The notes below the pieces were generated by a model. It saw nothing but the letters and a program-made list of their open reading frames with translations. It had not been told where the DNA came from and made no database searches. Shown here piece by piece: positions 58,401 to 64,000 of a stretch of DNA of 64,000 nucleotides; position 1 is the first letter of the stretch; every line of letters starts with the position of its first letter. The position numbers and the translations under genes are program-made. This DNA comes from Pavona decussata (lineage: Eukaryota): assembly GCA_977016875.1 (NCBI GenBank), contig CDRNST010000056.1, forward strand, positions 2,418,001 through 2,482,000, given 5' to 3'.

Positions 58401-61238
58401 CAAACATGCGCAGAACGTGTGCGCAGAAGCAAAAGGACACACAATCCTTAAAAACCCTCCAGAAAGCAGATGATTTGAATAAATAGCTCCACAAGGCCTA
58501 ACAGTGAACTCGACAGCAAAAGAACCAAGGACATACTCGACAAGCTCTATGTGAAACCAGCACGACTTAACTGTTATAAACATTCTTTTTTCGTACGAAC
58601 TGTGAAATTATGGAATGAACTACCTGGTGATATAGTGGAAGCTGATAGCTTTAAGCATTTTAAATCTAAGCTCAAAATGTATTTAAATTTTTGACTCTAA
58701 AGATCTCGATTTATGTATAATTATTTTTGTTTTTCTTTTATTTGAGGGAGTTTTCGCATAGGGCTAACCTCCAAACTTCCTTTTCTAGAAGTACTTTTCT
58801 TCTTAGTTTTATTTGTATATATAGTCTGCTTCTGGAATAAATAAAGTATGTATGTATACTAAACTTCCTAAAAATTATAACCTCTGTTGTTACCTTAATC
58901 CGGTATCATTTTTTATCCATTTTAACGAAGACCCGCTTGCAGCAGCATGAGCGGCGTAGCCAAATCGAAATCCTTTCTTTGCAAAGTCAATAGCAGGTTG
59001 AACAAGTTCCTTCCACGGTAATCTGCCATACTTCTTCCAGGCTGTGCGGTATCCACTCACTTCTCCGGGAACGCCTGATGCGGATGGACCTGTGGCAATG
59101 ATGGAACAACGATGGAACAATGATGGAACAATGATTGGACAATGTGGGATAACTTCGTCATACCGGTAGTAAAGTTTACCCTTTTGTATTGCAGCTTACT
59201 TCAAAATACACCAGGCCCTTTTATTTTTAATGCACTCTTTTTTCCCTAGAATCTTGAAATTTTGAAACTAAGCAGGGTCTAGCAATTTGAGGTTGAAAAC
59301 GTTCTTCTTTAAGTTATATTCTTGTAAAGGGATCCAGATATGACTACTCTAAGCACAAACGACCTCAATGATGAACAATGAGAAGATATGACAACACGTA
59401 GAAATTTTCTAGCTGTCTTGGAAAGTACACCACCAAAGCCACTACTCTTTAGGCACGTTTTTGCTAGTAGCCTTAAGATAGATTGAACAGCTAGAATCGA
59501 ACCCAGATTTATCAACACTCATTTTATATGGATACGCAAAGAGTAGGGCATGGAGTTCCCGGTGTGCTGGTCTGGTCTTTGTGCTGTTTCATGATTTCAT
59601 GGGTTGGGTGCATAGGATGAGGTCGCTAATGGACATATGCTGATGTAAACCGAATTTGAATACAGTCGAACCTGTTAATAACGGCCCTGTATTAAGCGGC
59701 CACCCTCTATTAAGCGGCTAGTTTTTAAAGTCCCGATTGTTTGCTCATACAAACGCTGTATTTCTTACCTGTATTAGGCGGCCACCTCGCCACCCTGTGG
59801 CAGTCCTATGTTTGTCTTTCTTTGTTATTTTTACCTGTATTAAGCAGCCACCGTTGAATGGAAACTAAGCCATACGTTATTTTATGCTGTATTTTATTGT
59901 GTTTAAAATGCGATCCAGCATCACTATAAAGAAATAACATGTGCAAAGCTACTGTAAACTGATACTCGGCCGTTTATAGTTGACGCTTTTCAGATGTCCG
60001 CAATGTGCTGAAGTACAGTACCATATCACGAACGCTAAAAAAAAGTTTGTTTTGAATATGCTTCACTCTTTAGCAAGAAATTCCTCTTAAATTAACTTGT
60101 TCTTCAGCCATGTGACATTGAACATTGAGCGTAACAACTATGAAAAGACGGACTGGGATATTTTGTTGTGAACTGTAAGTCATAGAAATAGAGCACTGTG
60201 CTCCGTAGAAGAGTAGAGGACAATTTATTGTATAGTACTTTTACACAATGTTACGTATATTATACCGTTAAGTTACAAGTTGTCACTGAACTTTGTTTAA
60301 AGTATTGATCACTTGAAAGAGTATTGATTGTCCTATTGTTTCCTTGCATGAAGTGTTTTTTGTATGATACGCCATTAAAATTGACATTAGACCACGCCCA
60401 TTGAGTATTTTTAATGATCCTGTATTAAGCAACCACCTGTATTAAGCGGCCAGTTACTCAAGTCCCGAGGGTGGCCGTTATATACAGGTTCGACTGTATA
60501 TATAAATAGAAAATGCGGTATATAAATGCATTACAATTACAATTTTCGCCGTCCAGAACCGTACATAGTCGCCTAAAATTACAATTAATAACTCAACACT
60601 ATTGTCTGTCATCTATACTGCATCTACGAGCGGGCTAAATTTCGAGGAATCCATTTTTTCCAGGTATGCAACCGGCATACCTCAAGATGTTTTTCCCCAC
60701 CCTTCGGGGGCTTAAAAATATACACCAATTTTGATCCTGATCATGCTAGGTAAACGTCTATATTTTACTGAACTTTGTGTCAATTACCATACATTTTTAA
60801 CCTTGAAACTAGTGGAAATAATCAGAACATGAGTGAATCGCTTATAATTCCGTCATCAATAAATCGTAAAGCAAAAGAGGGTGTTCGTTTCTAATATCAT
60901 ATTATCAACAAATATTGCCCCAGGTTATGAGTTTATCTTACCATATCTAGAGCTCAGACTGCTGTTGACATACATTGTTGAGTTTGCTTTCCCAGGGGCC
61001 TCTTCTCTGTAGTCAAACACTTCCACTTTATTCGTGCTTCGATTATAAACCGTCATAAACCCACCGCCGCCGATACCAGCAGAGTGCATATTGATGACTC
61101 CTACACAAAATAGGGCAGCAATAGCAGAGTCCACCGCTGAACCGTTTTTCTTGAGAATGTCTCGGCCCACCTCGGAACACAAACCAGCGTCCGCAGCAAC
61201 AACTCCGTGGGTATAAGGTCCATCAGCTCCTTCAGGAA
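46429..61238 (-). CDS. GGT: Gamma-glutamyltranspeptidase / glutathione hydrolase proenzyme; exons 61238-60942, 59089-58894, 51161-50857, 50402-50266, 49340-49150, 47782-47542, 46695-46429; 5' exon(s) not located
   Basis: Motifs GSAVDSAIAALFCVGV..HSAGIGGGGF, DYRE.AP, GVPGE, PPPGSG, EAFKFAYA.R..LGD, catalytic G|TSHLS..T.TIN, NNEMDDFS, PGKRPMSSM.P, GASGG, PRLHHQL and DPRK. All introns are GT-AG and in phase. Confidence 0.95.
48798..49021. mobile_element. Academ(H)-like MITE with 9-bp TSD
   Basis: CAATTTCGTACCCAG...ATGGTACGAGATTG long imperfect TIRs. Flanks AATACTATC / AGTACTATC. Confidence 0.6.
51197..51581. mobile_element. Kolobok-type MITE, same family as 10548-10918
   Basis: TTAA flanks and colinear internal identity with 10548-10918. 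Confidence 0.8.
52817..54870 (+). pseudogene. 5' portion of a spliced, probably transposon-derived gene nested antisense in a GGT intron; exons 52817-53297, 53974-54100, 54826-~54870
   Basis: In-phase GT-AG splicing gives ...LKNELE|DKASQLYEAM...HQGKKTDEVGERQQQRHLKEM|KEKAKKTLWFAETYG, after which the frame closes. Confidence 0.55.
54206..54284. mobile_element. 79-bp minimal Tc1/pogo-type MITE
   Basis: TA|CAGTCAACTCCCGATAACT...AGTTATTGGGAGTTGACTG|TA. Confidence 0.75.
55148..56926. mobile_element. Non-autonomous Zator-like element (TTA TSD)
   Basis: TTA|GGGACCGTTCATTTTTTATGAGCA.Gn.GCTGGTGGGATTT...AAATCCCACCAGC.Cn.TGCTCATAAAAAATGAACGGTCCC|TTA. The TIR is related to that of 12563-17166. Confidence 0.85.
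55703..56237 (-). mobile_element. Internally deleted hAT element with 5-bp TSD (hAT5-like), nested in the Zator MITE
   Basis: GATAT|CAGTCGCGTAGG...CCTACGCGCCTG|GATAT. It carries a hAT dimerisation-domain remnant MRRLNNYMRCTMRESRMSALVLMHI..HPRMM (55972-56157). Confidence 0.75.
57288..57801 (+). other. Three short in-phase exons of an unidentified truncated gene (57288-57323, 57433-57516, 57770-57801)
   Basis: ATG..ACG|GTAATG, CAG|CTC..TCT|GTAAGT and TAG|GAC..TG|GTTAGT give MSNPSEPDESIT-LTFTDSQVADLLEELGSYVEGHLAMADS-DTPQMDSLER. Confidence 0.4.
58520..58857 (+). mobile_element. CR1/L2-clade LINE 3' fragment
   Basis: KLYVKPARLNCYKHSFFVRTVKLWNELP..IVEADS...FKSKL, then AATAAA and a (TATG)n tail. 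Confidence 0.8.
59663..60496. mobile_element. Tc1/pogo-type MITE
   Basis: TA|CAGTCGAACCTGT...ACAGGTTCGACTG|TA, with internal CCTGTATTAAGCGGCCA repeats. Confidence 0.85.
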
Positions 61239-61433
61239 CTAAGTGGAAGATAAGCTCAACATAATTATTTGCTTTATAGCGAACTAGTGGGTGCCTACAT
61301 TTAACAATGGATTAATCTTACTATTAACTAATGCACCTATCAATGTTTTCCCCGACCCGGGGGAGGGCGGGCATACACGGGCATTTGACTCGAGTTCTCA
61401 TCCCGTGGGTAGGGATTTTGATTTTATTTGACA

Positions 61434-62666
61434 TAGCCTGTTCCAGGCTCCTAGAGAGAGGCGCGAAGGAGAGTGCGAGGGGACGAAAACGAGGGGGGAA
61501 TGGGGGAGAGAAAAAGAGGGAAAGAAGAGGAGCCTGTAATCATTTTCTTAAACACCTCATGCCGGTATACCAGCTCCCGGTATACCTTCTGATTGGTCAG
61601 TTTGACAGTTCACACATCACACGAAAGATATCGCCAAAGAATCTGAAAGAGTCAAAATGGCGAGTGTGTCACACGCGCGTGGTTTTGATGAGTTTAATGC
61701 AGTTTTAGAGAATTATCTTCGAGATTTTTCGCAAGTTAAAGTACTCAGGAAGGAGCAAATAGCTCTCGAAAGCGAGAGACAACAATGATAAGCTTTGAAA
61801 GACGAGGATCTGTTACACCCATATCCGTGATAAACAAACATCCTGCGGCAATTTAAATCTTCCCGCAGCGATATACACATGATAGCATAAAGAAATATTA
61901 ATCCACGGATCCTGTGTCTTCACCGATAAAATTTATTTAGCGCTACCTGAAATCTTGCAGTCAATCCGAGCTGATAAACTTGAACAAATGATCAAAAGGG
62001 AAGAATGTCTTATACAAAAGGTAAATCGCTTAAAGACATGCTCGTAAAAGCAAAACTGAAAAGGCTTTTATCAAAACAACAGACACACAGTGGGAGTCGT
62101 GCAGGTCTGTTAACCCCATTTTAACATTAAACATGCCATAAATTCTGGCCAGGGTCTTTGCACAAGTGAGACAAAAAAAAAAGCTGGAAAGCTCTTCGCT
62201 CTTAAAAGCGTGCGAAGACACAACCAAGCGAAGACACAACATCAGCCAACACTAGAGTCTAGTCGCTCGATAACGTCGCGTTAATAAGTTTCTTATTTCG
62301 AACGGCGTTGAACAAGGACACCCGGGGAACTTTCGTTCCAAGACACGCCAATTTTTTGGCAAAATCTACAGGATTTTGAGGGTTGAAATCCCAAACCCGG
62401 AGAACCTTTCGGTGCCGCGACATCGAAGCGTTGTATGGACAACCGCGCGAACTCGAGAACTCGCGCGGGTAATCGAGACCCGTGACAATGAAAGGTTTGA
62501 CATTTTGTCATGTTGACACATTTTGGAAAAAGTGGGCGGCATAAGGTGTTTAAGAAAATGATTACAGGCTCCTCTTCTTTCCCTCTTTTTCTCTCCCCCA
62601 GCCCCCCTCGTTTTCGTCCCCTCGCCCTTTCCTTCGCGCGTGTCTCTAGGAGCCTGGAACAGGCTA
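61434..62666. mobile_element. Non-autonomous AcademH-like element
   Basis: ~130-bp TIRs starting TAGCCTGTTCCAGGCTCCTAGAGA. Perfect 9-bp TSD TATTTGACA. Short ORF from 61657 ending ..FSQVKVLRKEQ, like the start of a RecQ helicase. Confidence 0.8.
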
Positions 62667-62683
62667 TATTTGACATCACGGGC

Positions 62684-63120
62684 CATTCTCGTCCCTAGAG
62701 CCGCCTGGTCCTCTTAGCCGCTGGAGGCTGGGCACGAGAACCAAGTGGCTCTGGGGACACAGGATTACGGAAGTCCTAGATTCTAGGACTTGCGGTATTC
62801 ATGTATGAAGTCTTGAAATGTCATTAAATTTAGTGAGAATAACATGGCGGCTGCCAGAGGCGATAAGGTTATTGAGATACTGGCGAAAGTTCTGCGTCTT
62901 CTTATTTTGGAAACGATTTCTCTTCGTAAGCAGCTTGGGAACGCAATTAGAATTATTCTCGAGAAAAGGAGGGATGTGTCAGGTGTCTCTGCCTTCGACA
63001 AATCCTTGATATTCCAGCTTTTGCCCTTTGTTTTGACTCATGGCTGGAGGTCAGTGACTCCATCATTTTGGTCGCATCGCCGTTGAATGCGCTGATGCGG
63101 GATCAGGTATCAATCTTGAC
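62684..63120 (+). pseudogene. Left end of a second Academ(H)-like element with a decayed RecQ-type helicase N-terminus
   Basis: CATTCTCGTCCCTAGAG end, then AIRIILEKRRDV...FDKSLIFQLLPFV (motif I remnant) and, after a frameshift, IILVASPLNALMRDQV (motif Ia). Confidence 0.65.
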
Positions 63121-64000
63121 AGCATGAAACTACCATCTGCAATGATTCTTTGAGGCGAATCGTTAGACTTCTCTGTATCCCAAATTGAAGGAATATTAAG
63201 TGTATTTAAGTTTATTGGAAAGAAATAGGAAGGTTTTGGACAGTGTTGAGATTAGGGAAAAGATCAAAGCAGCTGTAGTTCATGAGGCACATCTCATTGC
63301 AGAATGGTAACAAGTTTTATACTATTTCTTTTCACAATAAACATATAGCTACTCTAGAACTATATACTTTGTGATCAGCTCAAATCACACTATACAAACC
63401 TCTGAGGGTTAATCTGTCATTATATTAAAGTTGTACAATGTTATGCAAATCATTAATGGAAAAATGACTACAGTACGTTCGCATTTTTAGGATGGAACTG
63501 CTGTTTCAAGGGCTCGATTTATACCTGACACAGATGGACCATCTGATGGATCATTCAATAATTTGTTTCTATGATTATTACACCTATTTTAAAACCACTG
63601 GTGATCCTTGCAATCTGATTGGCTCTCAACAGTGTGGTTTATTCAAGAATCGCACTATTTTTTATCTCCAAATCGCATCCCTTTAGCGCATGAAAATAAA
63701 GTGAAATAATAATAACCACTTAAAAATCGGGTTTCTTGAAGCAGATCAATAAATATTAACATTAACAAAAAGAAGTGTGATGGGTGTAATAAATTATTAA
63801 ATATTGAACTTTGCACTTCACTCAGTTCTATTAACAATTATGCTTTTAATGATTTTAATACATGAATTCCATTAGAAGGATATATAATCTGTGCCCATAC
63901 TGTTATACACAGATGACTGATTATCAGACAAACTAGTAACACTCCATCTCTATTATTTATACCTGCAAATTACTGTAACTACTATACAGATTCATCGGGT

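Noticed and set aside
62844-63120. Host RecQ/WRN/BLM helicase gene
   Set aside because: The Walker A is destroyed, the sequence is frameshifted, and it lies directly inside a transposon end, so it is treated as an AcademH remnant.

Overview
Eukaryotic, AT-rich, intron-containing animal DNA. The gene and repeat content suggests an anthozoan cnidarian such as a stony coral, which is an inference. Two host loci are present. The first (1-25.2 kb) is a cluster of five intronless BTB-BACK-PHR genes of the BTBD1/2/3/6 family (putative CUL3 adaptors): one cut by the window edge, two intact, one lacking its PHR domain and one frameshifted. The second (46.4-61.2 kb, minus strand) is seven exons of a gamma-glutamyltranspeptidase whose 5' exon(s) were not located. 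Two large DNA transposons lie in or beside the BTB cluster. One is a 4.6 kb Zator-like element (12563-17166) with an enlarged DDE+SAP transposase and an unexplained second, divergent ORF. The other is an apparently intact 4.4 kb Kolobok element (25290-29680, TTAA TSD) encoding a THAP-DDE transposase and a convergent three-exon protein homologous to the Zn/GDP-binding 'ballast' domain of the P2X7 receptor; its empty insertion site survives in a paralogous duplicate in the same window. The rest is a dense mix of MITEs (Kolobok-type, PIF/Harbinger, Tc1/pogo, AcademH, hAT5, Zator) and LINE, Penelope and Gypsy remnants. No rRNA, tRNA or CRISPR was seen. All family assignments come from motif recognition by eye, not from database searches.
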